DNA from: Microthyrium microscopicum
Taxonomy: Eukaryota
DNA: 64,000 nt
Direction: 5' to 3'
NCBI GenBank assembly: GCA_010405405.1
Contig: MU004233.1
Coordinates: forward strand, 1,253,122-1,317,121
The notes beneath the pieces are model-generated. The model saw nothing but the letters and a program-made list of their open reading frames with translations. It did no database searches and was not told the origin of the DNA. This document shows positions 38,901 through 52,660 of the stretch, piece by piece (position 1 is the stretch's first letter; each line of letters begins with the position of its first letter). The translations under genes and the position numbers were made by a program.

Positions 38901-40486
38901 AAAATAGATAATTAATAGTAGAGGATTCTTATTCTTCTTAGTAATCTTTTCCTTATTATTATAAGAATACTTCTTACCTAAACTAATATTATTATTATAG
39001 ATATAGTTTAAATATATATTATTATAAAATCCTAAAAGCTAAATATAATCTATATATTATAATTAATTCTTTAAATTAGAATAGCTAACGTAATAAGTAT
39101 AATACTACTCTTTATAAGTCTTATTTTACTTATTTTTAGTAAGGAATTATAGAATACTTATATAATAAATACCTAAGGCTTTAAAATAACTAGCCTAGCT
39201 ACTAGTTAACTAAATTATACTAAGGAAGCTCTAATAAATTATAATACTATAAACGTTAGGCTATAAATTATTAATAAATCCTTTAGAGAAGGCATTTAAT
39301 AAGTTAAGACGCTTATTAAAAGAGTTAAAAGGATAATTAGCTATAGTATAAAGGGCCTTACTCTATAAATACGTTAGTATAAATTAAGAAAGGCTAGAGA
39401 AGTATATATAGTCTAGTTAATATAAAGTGCCTTAAATAAAGCATAGTTTTATAGATTATAGTAGTTAATAATTACGTATATTTTCTTATATTAAAGAGTA
39501 GTTAATAAATAGGAATAAGGGTTATAAATAATATTATTCTAATAATAAAGTAAGACTTAGTTAAAAAGGTAAAGGCCCTTATTTATATTATTTTAGTAGG
39601 CTTTATATATAGCTACCTCGTACGTAATAAGTAAATAAGGTTAAGAAGTATTATAGTTAATAATATATATATAAGAAGGAGTAATAGTAATAAGGATATA
39701 ATTATTACAGCTAATAGTATTATTAAAAGTATTAATAATTAGAGTAGCTATCTTTATATAGTTAGCAAAGCTATAGCTATTATAATGAATGACTTACTTA
39801 ATTAATTAATTAGGTAAAGAAGAAGAAACTTAATAAGGACTAATTAGAAGAGAAGAAGCTTATTTAAAGTATAATAAAGAAAGAATAGTTAACTCTATAG
39901 AATAATATTACTTTATACTCTCTAAATATATAGATAGAAGCATAGTAACTTAACTATAGTTACGTTCTTCTAATTTTATTCCTTAATATTATAATAGAGC
40001 TCTAACTAAGTATAAATAAAATAACTTACTAATTAAGTAACCTTTATAAGATTATAATTAAAAAGAACTAATATTATATACTAAGAAAGAGGCCTTATAC
40101 CTAGAATTTAGTTTAAAATAAATAAAATACTAGTATAGAACTAATAGTTAATAACCTAAGCTTTATATTTTATACCTAAAAGTAAATATATAAATCTATA
40201 CGTTATAAATAGAAGCTTCATTGTAAACTATAAAGAATAGTAAGCGTTAGACATAGCTAGATAAGATTAAGATCTTATAATTAACTTAGTATTTTAGCTA
40301 GAATTTTTTAGATAAAGGAGGTAATATTAGGGGTTAAACCCTCTAAAGCTATGCCTATTTAGGCTACCTCTATTATATATAAATACCTTAATTAAAGAGT
40401 CTCTTAACTCTTCTTTCTCTCTAAGTTACTTTCCTATTTAATAGGCTTATAATATAACTTGTCTCTTTGTTATCTAACTTATAATA
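32935..40486 (+). mobile_element. Ty3/Gypsy LTR retrotransposon C nested in B (RIP-inactivated, 7.55 kb)
   Basis: 162-bp LTRs at 32935-33096 and 40325-40486. TSD TTATC (32930-32934, 40487-40491). Purine tract precedes the 3' LTR. RT YLDNVL at ~36082-36099, RNaseH remnant NYLIYNK [NY.IYDKE] ~36640, integrase and chromodomain-like remnants downstream. Confidence 0.9.
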
Positions 40487-40908
40487 TTATCCTTATCTTT
40501 ATTATTAGACTTCTTATAGTTAAAGAAGTAATTAACTTATTATAGTTCTATTATAAACTTAGCGCTTATAGTTACTTTACTAATATAGAAATAGCTTATT
40601 AGCTCTTTAGTAATTATATTATATATATAAGTTAGTTTATTAGTATTAAATAAGTAGGCTTTATTAATTTTGCTAGCAAACTTAACTAAGTAAAAGCTTA
40701 AATTATTAGTCTTCTTTATTTTATTAAATAGATTCTATAACTAAAGAAGGGTAGCTTTATACTTATTAGTACCTTTAAAATAGTAGTTAAGATTATCTTA
40801 GAACTCTACTATAAAAGCGTATAGATTAAATACGTTATATTAAGCATAATTAATAATAAAGCTAAGAGTAAGGTCTTTATATTTACTATAGACCTAGATA
40901 GCTTAAAA

Positions 40909-43900
40909 TGTAATGATTCCTCTTCATAGGCTTTATAGTGGTGTTGTAAGAGAGATCTTGTTGTAAGATCACGCGCTAGACCTAAGGGGGTTAGCGTGCT
41001 TAAGGATCTACTAAGTAGACTTACTTTCCTTATAGATCTATAGCTCTTCTAGATCTTCTTCTCTCTCTCTCTCGTTTGTAGATTCTAGAATATAATTTAA
41101 TTATCTACTTACTTAAGTTCCGTAGCTTGTTATATAATCTATAAACCTTTTAAATATCTGCATACTTATACTACGTACTCTAGAATTTACTTCTAAAGAA
41201 GCGCCTATATAGATTAATATTTTGCGCGCGTAGTCTTAAACCCTATTAAAGATCCTTCGTAGATTTACTAAATCTGTTAGCTCTACTAACCCCCTATCTA
41301 ATTAGAGCGTTAGGATTCTCTAATACTCTTTAACCTATTAATAGTTTAAGCGTTAATTACCTCTTATTCTTAGTTCTATAGAATACTAAAGTTTATCTTC
41401 TATACTACTACTAAATATCTATAATTATACTTAATATACTTACTATTAAAACGTACTAAATAAATAAGCGTTCCCTCTTAGTATCTTTCTTTATTATTTA
41501 TGACTATAGCTAATAAGGCTCCTAACTAATAGACTTAAGTTAATAACTACATAGCTTACTTATCGTCCCTAATTACTTATACTTAGCCTAATAATTGGCA
41601 CCTATCTTTATCTCTTATATGCTTACGTTACCTATCTTTATTGCATTGCTTCTTTGCTATACGTGCTAAGTATTAAAGCAGACCTAATACCTAGGATATA
41701 GTATAACTAGATACTACCTAGAAGGTAATAGATTTAGTAGAGAGTGTCTTAGGACTATTAAAATCATTAGAACTAGACTTAAGAGCGTTATTAGAAGATG
41801 AAGACAAGTTAGAAGATAATCGTCTATTAGAATAAGGTTATAAAGGTAAAGAGACTAAAGCGTTAGAAGATGCCTCTTAAAATACTAGTTAAATAACTTT
41901 ACTAAACTAAATAAATATAGGAGATAACTAGTTATTAGCTCCTTTCTAACCTAATAATAATACTAGACTTTCTCTTAGAATATATAAATAGCTAATAGAA
42001 CTACGCTAGTAAGCTAAAGGCCCTAAAGTACTACCTATATTAATATCTTACTACTCTATAGTAGTAGACCTTAATTAACTAGTTACTCTAACCATTAATA
42101 AGAACCTTCTAATCTTTTAAGCTACTTAAGTATAAAAGATGCCTAGCAAAGAAGGTAATAAGCTAAAAGACGTAGAAGTATATCTTCGTTATAAAGAAAA
42201 GTAATTAGACCTTTACTATTACTTTTACTACCTAATTAAATTAGGTACGGACCTAGAATGTCTATTAAAAGGAGAAATTATGCTAAATAACTTAGTTATA
42301 TAGCTCTATACCTTATTATTAGCCTCTTAAACCGTAGCTTACCTCTTTGAAATTAAGCGAAATATAAACGCTTATAATATAAACTTAATCTATACTCTCT
42401 AGGAAGAAGCTTTAGAAGCTTAGGAAGAAATATAAGACTTAGCTAAAACTAATAATAAACGCATAAAGTAGATTACTTACCTTAAAGCGTAGATTTAAGA
42501 TAATACTATTGCTCTTAAGGAAGTAGTAACTACTCGCTAAAAAGCATAGAAGCTATAATATAATAATAATTTACTTAAGGAAGTACTTACTACTTACGTT
42601 AATAAGATTAGTAAATACTATAAGGCTCTATAAAAGAAAATAGACAAAGCTATTATCCTTTAAGCCTAGGTTAATACCCTTTAAAAGAAATCCTTAGCTA
42701 CTAAGGTAACTAATCCTTATCTTAATTATAATAAATTAGTAGATAACAATTTATTTTACTAGACCTCTTTAGCTTAGGATATAGACTAACTTAACTTAAA
42801 TATACCTCTAGAAGCACTAGACTTGCGTTAAACTACTCCCTTCTCTAACCTTAACTTAATTAGTAGCGCCTCTCTCCTTAAAGCATAGGGCGATAAGCTT
42901 TTACTCTTCTTAAGAAAAGATAAGTAGAAGTACTATGCTTAGAAAGGTAAAGTACTAAACTACCTTAATAATAATATATAAGTCTATTTTATAGAAGCCT
43001 TTAAGATCTAAGTTATTTAAGGAGCAATAAAGGATTAAGTATTTAGTACTATTAACGAGCAGAGTAACTATAAATTAACTAACTTATATTTATCTATAGT
43101 AAAGATATAGTCTAATTTAGACTATAAGTATAGTATTAAAGATAGCTATATTATCGCTAAGACCTAGCTTAAAAGCTAAGAAGCTATAATAAAGCCTATT
43201 AAAAAGCTTAAATAATTTCTAGCTCGCTTCTTAGAGAACTTATAAGAAGCTAAGCTTAGTAATTAAGATAAGATTATTAAAATACGTTCCTTTCTACTCT
43301 TAAAATTCGTAGAGAGAGTGCTCTTTATAAAATTAAAGATATTTACGGATTTCCTTAAGAGCCTATATACTGTTACTTATTATATTAAATACATCTCCTC
43401 TACTAATCTATAAAGCTATAATAATAATAATTATTTAGTAGCTAAGGGTAACGGACAAAAACCTAAGTTTAACCGCCCTTTAGATATCTATAATGCCTTA
43501 AAGGCTAATAACTATTATATAAAGTACGAAGAGAAAGGCTATAGCTATTAGTATAACTTAGTACTATGTAAGGATAGAGATATCTTATTAGACGCTAAAA
43601 TCTAACTAAAGGTTATAGCTATTATTATAGAGTTTACTACTATCTATAATTAAATTACTACTTAATCTCCTTAGTCCCTAACCATAAAGGATAATTACGA
43701 CAAGTATAATTATAGTAATAATATAGAAAACTAAAAGCTTCTCTATAGAGACGTATAAAGGAGCTAAATAAGTAAGAAGCGTATAATTAGTAATAAAAGA
43801 AGGATGAACTTAACCCTAAGCTAGTTCTTATAGAAGAATAAATCTAATATAAGGTTAATAAGACTATTTAGCGCTTAGAAGTTAACCTCTAACAAGCATC

Positions 43901-46900
43901 GTCCCTAGAGCCTATTATATTCAATAATACTAAGTTAGCTATTATTAAGATATCCCTTGCCTTTATAGTATATAATTTCTATCCTTAAGAAGTAGCCACT
44001 ATACCTATAGTAAGCAACTAATAAACTACTTCTAGTACCGCATTCTCTCTAAAATAAGGCTACTACTTAAAAATTAATATCTTTATAGATACTAGTAGTA
44101 GAGTAATAGGAATTATTTACCCTAACTTTATTAAATAATATAGGATCTCTGCTATTAATCTCTTTATCCCTTAAATTATGCAATTAGCTAATAGTAAGGC
44201 TATTATGAAAGTTAATAAAGCTACTATAGTTAATATCCATTTAGGAGGGTATATTAAATAAATCTACTGCTTTATTATAAACGTTGCTAGTTACGACCTT
44301 ATTCTTAGCAATCCTTAGATTAACCTCTATAAGGTTACTTTTAAAAAAGATAAGAAGTAAATCTACTTTGACTTAGACTACTACCTTGTATACTACTTAC
44401 TAGTAGGCTACCTAATCTTAGTAGATTATAAGAGCTACTTAGTTAATCTAATAGACCCTTACTCTAAAAACGTTATTATAGTTAGTGCTACTGCCTTTAT
44501 TAAGTTACTAGAATAAGGCTAGTAATTTAGTAAAATCTAGCCTAACGACTTTAAAGATAGAAAGGAAAAGAAACTTCTAGATTTAGATCCTATACTAAAG
44601 AAAGACGTTGCTATTAACTTAGGTAAAATCTTACCTAAAGATTTTGAAAAGTAATAAAAGAAGTACGATAAGCCTCCTCTTTTATAAGAAGAGATTCTTA
44701 AACGCCTACTAAAGGAATATTATTATTATATAGATATCTTTAACCTAAAATTAGGTAATAAACTTATACTATATTGTAGTAAATAAGATTACTCTATTAA
44801 TATTATCTTAGACGCTATAATTCCTAAACGCTACTATAATAGCCTAGGTTATTAGGAATCTCTTGTCGTTAAATAATACGTTAATTAAATGCTTAGTTAA
44901 GATTAAGTTTAAGTTAATAAGTCGTATTATGCTATACTAATACTATACGTATATAAGCTAGGAAGAGGAATTTAAGTTTATATTAATTATTACAAACTTA
45001 ATAAGATTATATAAAAGAATTATAATATTCCTTTATAGCTATTAGAAATACTTACCTATATCTATTACGTAAAATACTTCTCTAAATTTAACGTTATTAC
45101 TACTTTTATATATATCTATATTAAACCTAGTAATAAATACAAAACTATATTCTTAACTTATTATAAGTTATACGAATTTAAAGTTATGCCCTTTAGCTTT
45201 ATTAAAGCCCTAGGGACCTTCTAAGCTTATCTTAACTATATCCTAATTAATTACCTAGACAACTTTGTTATAGGCTATATAAATAATTTATTAGTCTTTA
45301 GCAATACTAAAGCTAGCTATACTACCTATATCTACCTAGTCCTAGAAGTAATAAGCAAAGTAGGATTATACTTAGATATCTAGAAGTATGAATTTAATAC
45401 TTAACGAGTTAAATACCTTAGCCTAATTATTACTACTAAAGGCATTAAAATAGACCTAAAGAAGGTTTAAAGCGTAGTTAACTAGTAACGTCCCTCTTTA
45501 GTAAAAGACGTTTAAGCTTTTTTTAGCTTTACTAACTTCTATTACTAATTTATTCTTAAATATTTAAAGACTATAGCACTATTAATAGTACTTATAAAGA
45601 AGGACGCTATAGTAATCTTCCCTTAGGACCCTAATAGGCTAGAGGAACGTATATTTAAGAAGCTAAAGTAAGACTTTACGTCCGCTAAGATATTACGTTA
45701 CTTTAACTATATAAAAGAAATATAGCTAGAGATAGACGCCTTAGATTAGGTTTATGCTACGATTTTCTCTTAAAAAGGTAATAATAGGAAGCTTTACCTA
45801 GTTGCGTACTTCTTAAAGAAGATGACCCTAGTAGAATATAATTATAATATTTATAACAAAGAGCTTCTAGCTATTGTCTACGTATTTAAAGAGTAGGAAT
45901 TAGAGCTATTTAGCTCTATTAACCCTATTTAAGTATTCTTTAATTACTATAACCTTTAGACGTTTATAATAATAAAACGTCTTTCTTGATAATAAGCTAG
46001 ATAGGCTAAGTTCCTTTCCTAGTTTTATTTTAAGATAAAGTATCGCCTAGGTATAGCTAACAAAAAGGTAGATGCCCTTACTTGTTAGTTATAAGATATT
46101 CTATAAAGTAATGACGACCCTTATATCTCCTAATAGGTCTAACCTTTGCTATTTCTATACTAATTTAATATAGAATACGTAGTAAAGCTAGCTATATTGC
46201 TTATTAAACCTACTTGCCTCTTAATACTATACTTAGTTACTATCGCTTAGGATAAGTTAAATATTTCTAATCCTATAGGTAAGCTACTTAATTCTATAGG
46301 AGAGTCTCTTAGTAATAATGAGACGCCTAAGGGTAAGCTACTTAATCCCTTAGGAGATAATCTATTCCTAGATTTTAATAGTAACTAGTTCTTATAGGAT
46401 ATTATAAACGTAGTAGAGTATAATAAAATAATAGTTGCTATTCGCTATACTAAGACTAACTACTAGCTTTTTTTACCCTTTAATACTCTAGAATAAGAGT
46501 AAATTAAGCTTAGAAACTACGTAGTAGCTACTAATAAGACAATCCTCTACTATAACTAGATCTTTATTCCTTAAGGTAAGCTTTAGTGTCGTACTATGTA
46601 GAGCGTATATAGCTATAAAGCTATAGGCTATAGTAGAGTAGTAATAATTTACTATTGCCTATAAGAAGATTACTAATAGCCTAAGATATTATAAGACGTT
46701 AAGAGCTTTATTAAAGGCTATAAATATATGTTTACTAAACTTGTCTACTAAAAGAAATAAGGCTTTTTACGTTAATTTCCTCTCCCTAAGCGCACGTAGT
46801 CTAATATTTTTATTAACTTTATTATCTTACTACTTTGCTATTTATACTAAGGTATAATCTATTAGCACGTTATAATAGTTATTAATCGCTATATATAGAC

Positions 46901-48560
46901 TTAACGTTTTATCTTACTACTAAACCTATTTATAGACTTAATAGTACTAGCCTTTATTAACTACGTATAGAAACTTATTAGTTAGCTATTAATAATTCTT
47001 TTAGACTATAGTAGCTAATTTATCTTTATATTTTAGAAGTACTTATATAAACGCGTAGGTACTATACTCTATCTTAGTATAGCATTTTACTTTGAGACTA
47101 ATAGCATAATAGAAATCTTAGTCATAGTACTTAAGTAATTCCTACGTACGTTTATTAACTAGGATTAAGATAACTAAGTAGCTTTTCTACCCTTTATTAA
47201 ATTTATAGTTAATTCCGCTATAAATGCTACTATAGGAGTTATACTTTTTAAAGCTTAAAATAGATTTAACCCTTAATTAGGCCTTAAGTCCTTATATCGC
47301 CTCCTAAAACCTATAAACGCCTTTATAGCTACTAATAAGGAAGCTATTAATGTGGATATAATGTAGAAGGGTTACGCTAAGATATATAATTATCTAATAG
47401 AGTAATTAATCTAGGCATAAGCTTAATAGGTAGAATATACTAACTACTATTACTATATAGCTCTAGACCTATTACTAGGCGACTAGGTTTGCTTAGATAT
47501 ATAGAACTACCCTACTTTACGTCTTTTAAAGACTCTAGACGATAAGAATATAGGTCTCTTTCGTATAATTAAGAAAATTGATATTATTACCTACAAACTT
47601 AATCTCTCCTCTTTTATAAAGATGTATAATGTCTTCTACGCCTAGGTCCTCTACTATATTATAAATAACATTAAGCTACTTAAGCACGCTAATCTACTAC
47701 TAGTAGTTATTAGAGAAATTACAAATAATGACGAATAGTTTATTAACGCTATTATTAATAGCCGCTTTACTAGTTAATATAAGAAGCTATAATATAAGAT
47801 TAAGTATACTAGTTATAATAAAGCTAAATAGCATAATTAAATAGCTACTAAAAACACGCTAGAGCTTATTACTAAGTTTTATGCTTAGCATTCTGGTAAG
47901 CTAGGCCTATATTCTACCTAGATACTACTAATACTAGAGCCTGCTAATAATAGTGTTAATTATAACTCTAACGGCGTTTTTGCTAATTAGGAGGAGTAAA
48001 TAATTATACTACTAATTTCCTTATATTAATAAGACTATTAACTACTAGACTACTAGGACTTAAGAACTAGAATATTCTAAGGATATCTTAGGGTTCATTA
48101 ATGCTTCTTAATAGTTGCCTTAGCAGGCTAAAGGTTAAGATGCTTTAAACGACTAGTAAGGTTAGTATTATACTATAAAAGGATTAAAATATCGTTTATT
48201 ACTAAAAGTTTGTTAGACTAGACTAGACTAGACTAGACTAAACTAAACTAGACTAGATTAGAATAGAATAGATTAGGAAAGCAGATATAATTAGTAGTCT
48301 ATAGCCTAGAGAGCTATGCTAAAGGGGAAGGTTGTATAATAATTCCTCTTTATAGGCTTTATAGCGGTGTTATAAGAAAGATCTTATTATAAGATTACGT
48401 ACTAGACCTAAGGGGGTTAGCGCGCCTAAGGATCTGCTGAGTAGACTTACTTCCCTTATAGATCTGTAGCTCTTCTAGATCTTCTTCTCTCTCTCTCCTA
48501 TTCGTAGATTCTAGAATATAATCTGATTATCTGCTTGCTTGAGTTCCGCAGCTCATCACA
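40909..48560 (+). mobile_element. Ty3/Gypsy (chromovirus-type) LTR retrotransposon D nested in B (RIP-inactivated, 7.65 kb)
   Basis: 226-bp LTRs at 40909-41134 (starts TG) and 48335-48560 (ends CA). TSD TAAAA (40904-40908, 48561-48565). PPT AAAGGGGAAGG. Protease IDT ~44085, RT VMPFSF ~45183 and YINNLL [YIDDLL] ~45276, RNaseH IDA/NYNIYNKELLAIV ~45730-45877, chromodomain remnant E*FINAIINSR..YKIKY ~47733-47815. Confidence 0.92.
48216..48275. repeat. Pentanucleotide microsatellite (ACTAG)n in the 3' UTR of element D
   Basis: About 12 degenerate ACTAG/ACTAA/AATAG units. Confidence 0.8.
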
Positions 48561-50497
48561 TAAAATAACTTAGTAAAAAAGATATATACTTTATAGTAAA
48601 GGTAGTCTTTAACTTTAAGCTTCTATTAAGGGTATAAGTCTTACTTTTTACTATTATAAGTACTAAGATCTTACTACTCTTATATAGAGTTAGTCTTAAA
48701 GCTTACTAACGCCTTTAAGATAAGTATAATACTCTTAATATTAAGATAAAGATTTAGGTATAAATAGCTCTAAGGAGGTAGTATAGTATCTTTCTTATTA
48801 GAGTCTATTTAATACGCTAGTTCTTTAGTTATATAAGCTAAGTTACTTAGTTAATCTTTAAAATCTTAGATTTTTCCTTTTAAGAATATAATCTAATTAT
48901 ACTTTTTAGTATAAAAGTTATATAGATGCTTAATAGTATCTATAGCTCTAATTACCTTACGGCGGTTAATTATATCCTATTCCTTAAGGTATAGTTATTA
49001 CTTAATTAACTAATAAGCCTTACTTACAATTTAGGTAGCTTTACTTTCTAAAGTATAGATACGTTATTATAGAAAAGAATTTTATATTATAATATTATTA
49101 TATATAGTAAAAAGATTTAATATACTATCTTTATTATATTAGTATTCTTTTAATAGGTTTATTAAGTTAATATATATAGCTTTAAAAGTAATACTTATAG
49201 CTTAGATAGATTTAATATAGTTACGAAATTACTTAAACTAGATATTAATATAAAAGCTAATACTATAAGTAAAATCTATTCTATCCTTAATAACCTTTAG
49301 CTCTACTTTGTCTTAAATATAGCAAAGTATAATAAGATTAATAGGTATAGGTCTAATCTTTCCTTCTAGGTTTAAAGACTCTTATACTTAGAATATTACT
49401 TAGTCTTATATAAAGTACGTAGAAATAATATAAGTTTAATTTTATAGAGTAATACTAACGTATATTATAAAGTACTATAGGTATTAGCCTTTAAGGGCGA
49501 TCTAATTAATCTAATCTTAGTCTAGTAGATATAGTTATACGTTATAACGTACTACTTTCTTACCTTTATCCTTTTTAAATATATTCTAAGTACTACCTTT
49601 AAGTTGTTTAATAATATCTAATAGGATTAGGGCTTAGGCTAGAGAAGGATAATAAAAGTAGATAGAGGGATAGCGCTAGCTATAGCCATAAGGTAGTATA
49701 GGTATATCATTATTACTATTAAGGTTATTAGTATTTAACTACTATATAGTAAACTAAGTCTCTTAAAGCTATTAAATTTTAGATTATAAGTATATCTCTA
49801 ACTAGGAACTACTAATTAGTTTACTAGATATAGTCTATAAGGTTAGTATTATATAATAATAAGTAGGTAGTACTAGTATATAAGGTTTAGCTAAGGTCTT
49901 TTAAATAATTTACTTTATTAGAGTAGCAAGTTTAGGATAGAGTTTAGGCGTTTTATTTAAAAGTAATTCTTAATTTAGGTTTATTACTATTAATTTAGGT
50001 ATATAGAAGAAAATATAGGTATAAGATAAAGCTATTACTATAGGTCTAGTAGATATAAGATAGAAGACGCTAAGATCTTCTCCTTAATTACTAATTAGTC
50101 TATACTAGTAGAGCTATTTAGTCCTTATATATAAATCTCTATACTAGTAGGATTATTATTCTTATAAGTCTAAAAACTTATTTTTTATATAGAATAATAG
50201 ATTTTAGACGCATAAACTATTAAATCTTATAATATTAGTAGGCACGTTTTAAAAAAAGGTTTTAAATATTAGAGTAGTCTTAGTTTTATATTAAGAAGCT
50301 ATAGATATAAGGGGTATAATCTAGATATAGATATAATTTAAGAAAACTAAGATAGAGAATCTAGAAGAGGGATTAGGGCTAATAAGAAATAAGCTCCATG
50401 CTAGCTAAACCTTAGGCGCTAAGCCCTTAGCATCACGTGACGGGGATGCTAGAGATCTTATAAAGAGATCTTAACGGAGAGGATCCATAATATTTAA

Positions 50498-51272
50498 TAC
50501 TTATACCTTTAAATAAGAGAAGAAAGTTCTAATTAAATTAGGCTACGCTAGCGTTAATAATAGTATTATTCTATTATTTAGAGAGGATTAATACCTATAG
50601 TAGTATTAGTAGTAACGCGCTTATAAAATAAAAGCTTTAGTAGTAGCAAAGTATTTTAAACCTCTTTAAAAGTAAGAAGAGACTCACTATTACTAAAAGG
50701 CCTTTAGGAATAGTATATAAGAATATAGTAAAGAGAGTAATTCTATAATAGTTAGTAGAGATAGACTATCCTTTAGGCTATAATATTCTATAAAATAAGT
50801 TTTAATAGGCTTTTAATTAATTTAAACTAATTTGAACGTAGTATAATAAAGCTATTAATACTAAAAAGAGCATTAATAGTATTAAAAGGGTTAGGAAGTA
50901 TAATAGCTTTATAATATAAGATAATCTTACTTAATAATTAGTAGATAAGAATACCCTATTAATTAATATTCTTTTAGATATTAATAGTAATAGTAACGTT
51001 ATAAAATTATCTAATAATCTTAAAGAGATATTAGTAAGAATATAATAAGATATTAGTTCTAACGATCTATAGCTAAATCCTATAGGTACCTCTATTTCTT
51101 TAGTAATTCCTTACTCTTTAACTTTAACTTTAACTCTAAGAATAAGGAAGAAGTATAAAAGAACTAGGGAAATTAAAATGCTAAAGAACGCTATTATAAA
51201 GATGTCTAAATTAATTATTTAGGTCCTTAGAGACTATAATAAACGTAGTAGTAGTAGTGTTAATAATTCTAT

Positions 51273-51313
<41 letters not shown>

Positions 51314-51420
51314 AAGAAAGTAAAGTTATAGGCCTAAAGGAAGAGATAAATAGATTACGCTTAGAGATAATAGAGATAAAGGAGTTATTAAAGGGTTTTG
51401 CTAATAATAGACGTTAGTAA
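50498..51420 (+). pseudogene. RIP-degraded second ORF of element A (expected Myb/SANT-like DNA-binding partner; domain not verified)
   Basis: Coding-like remnant with a low-complexity tract and a coiled-coil-like end GLKEEINRLRLEIIEIKELLKGFANNRR*. It is convergent with the transposase. Its 5' part is probably split off by insertion B. Confidence 0.45.
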
Positions 51421-51499
51421 GAGTATTTTAGTATTTTCTATATAATTTAGTAGTAGCGTTAGAATATAGTTTTTATATAAATTTTATAATAGATACTAA

Positions 51500-52660
51500 A
51501 AGCTTTAAAAGTATATAGAAGAGTTAAATAATTAGCTAACTCTACCCTATTAACTTCTTTTTCTTTAGTAAGAATATGTAACTTTACTTTATAACTTTAA
51601 TATCTTTAATAAATATAATAACTATTCTATACTATTTAAATTGTCTTATTTTTATCCTTCTAATGCTATTAGAGTATTAAATATACTACTAGGATTTAAA
51701 TATTTATTAATTAATAGTAGTAGAATACTAAAATAACTCTAAATAAGATTATAACCCTATAACGTTATTCTATAGTTCTAAAGTAATACTAATATAGTCT
51801 AATAATATATTATAGGCATTAATCTTATTTATATATTATGCCTATAGTTTAATATTCCTTCTTACTATAAGTTCTTTAAAATAGTAAATATCTACTTAAT
51901 AGTAACGTAAAGAGTAGATTACTTATAATTAAAGTTTTACTATTAAAGAGATAATTCTAAGCTTTAGTATAGTAAGATAATTATATTATTAGTTAGATAC
52001 ACTATATTGCTATATAATAGCTTCTTTAGACTATTACTAAATATCTATTAAATTCTATCTTTAAGACTAGAATTAATTAATATTAAGAGATTATTTAAGG
52101 ATCTAAAATAGCTATAATTAAGTATTAGCAATATTCTATTAGGTATAGCTATAGCTTACATTTTTATATAGTAGTTTCCTTTATAACTACTATAGAATTC
52201 CTACTAGATCTAGCTATTCTCTAGCCTACTAATATTAATATACGTTCTATTAATCTAGCTCTAAAATTTGTATAAGCTACTAGTACGATTAATAGCCCTA
52301 GCGTATTATTAATATCTTAACGCTATAAGGAGAGCATAGAATTATAATAGTACGTCTATATATTTATAGTATAAGTATAATATTATAGCGTTAAAGTAGA
52401 ACTTTATATAACTAATACTTCTTCTAAAGTACTAATAAATATTAATATAGGTATAAATTCTAGCAAGCCTATAGTATACTATATATAATAAGAAATTATC
52501 TTTATCTAGAGGTATAATTTAAGAGGAAAGAAGTATATTATTAAGATTAAATATTTACGCTAGCTATTATATTTTATACTTCTTAAATTTATTATATACT
52601 AATTAATACTATAGATATTGCTTTAATCTAAGCCTATAGCGTATACTAATATTTAACTTT
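51500..52660 (-). pseudogene. RIP-degraded Harbinger-type DDE transposase (DDE_Tnp_4-like), C-terminal part; N-terminal part probably at 62295-62535
   Basis: One frame at 52020-51865 reads LLYSNIVYL....LY...LSL***NFNYK*STLYVTIK*IFTILKNL*. Reversing C>T/G>A changes gives LLYGD.VYP....PY...LS..QQNFNH.QS.LRV.VE.IF..LKNLW, which is the GD.xY / FN..S..R..VE..F..LK..W block of Harbinger transposases. The 3' boundary is approximate. Confidence 0.78.

Larger units (their letters stand above)
27938..50492 (-). mobile_element. Ty3/Gypsy LTR retrotransposon B (RIP-inactivated, ~7.3 kb without nested inserts)
   Basis: 204-bp LTRs at 27938-28141 and 50289-50492. TSD TTTAA (27933-27937, 50493-50497). PPT-like tract at 28142-28156. 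On the minus strand: protease remnant ~32370, RT YLDNVL [YLDDVL] ~31172-31192, then RNaseH/integrase remnants toward 28.5 kb. Confidence 0.9.

Noticed and set aside
51274..51312. (AGT)n microsatellite
   Set aside because: Lies in frame within the decayed second ORF of element A. It is most simply a poly-Gly/Ser codon tract homogenised by RIP.
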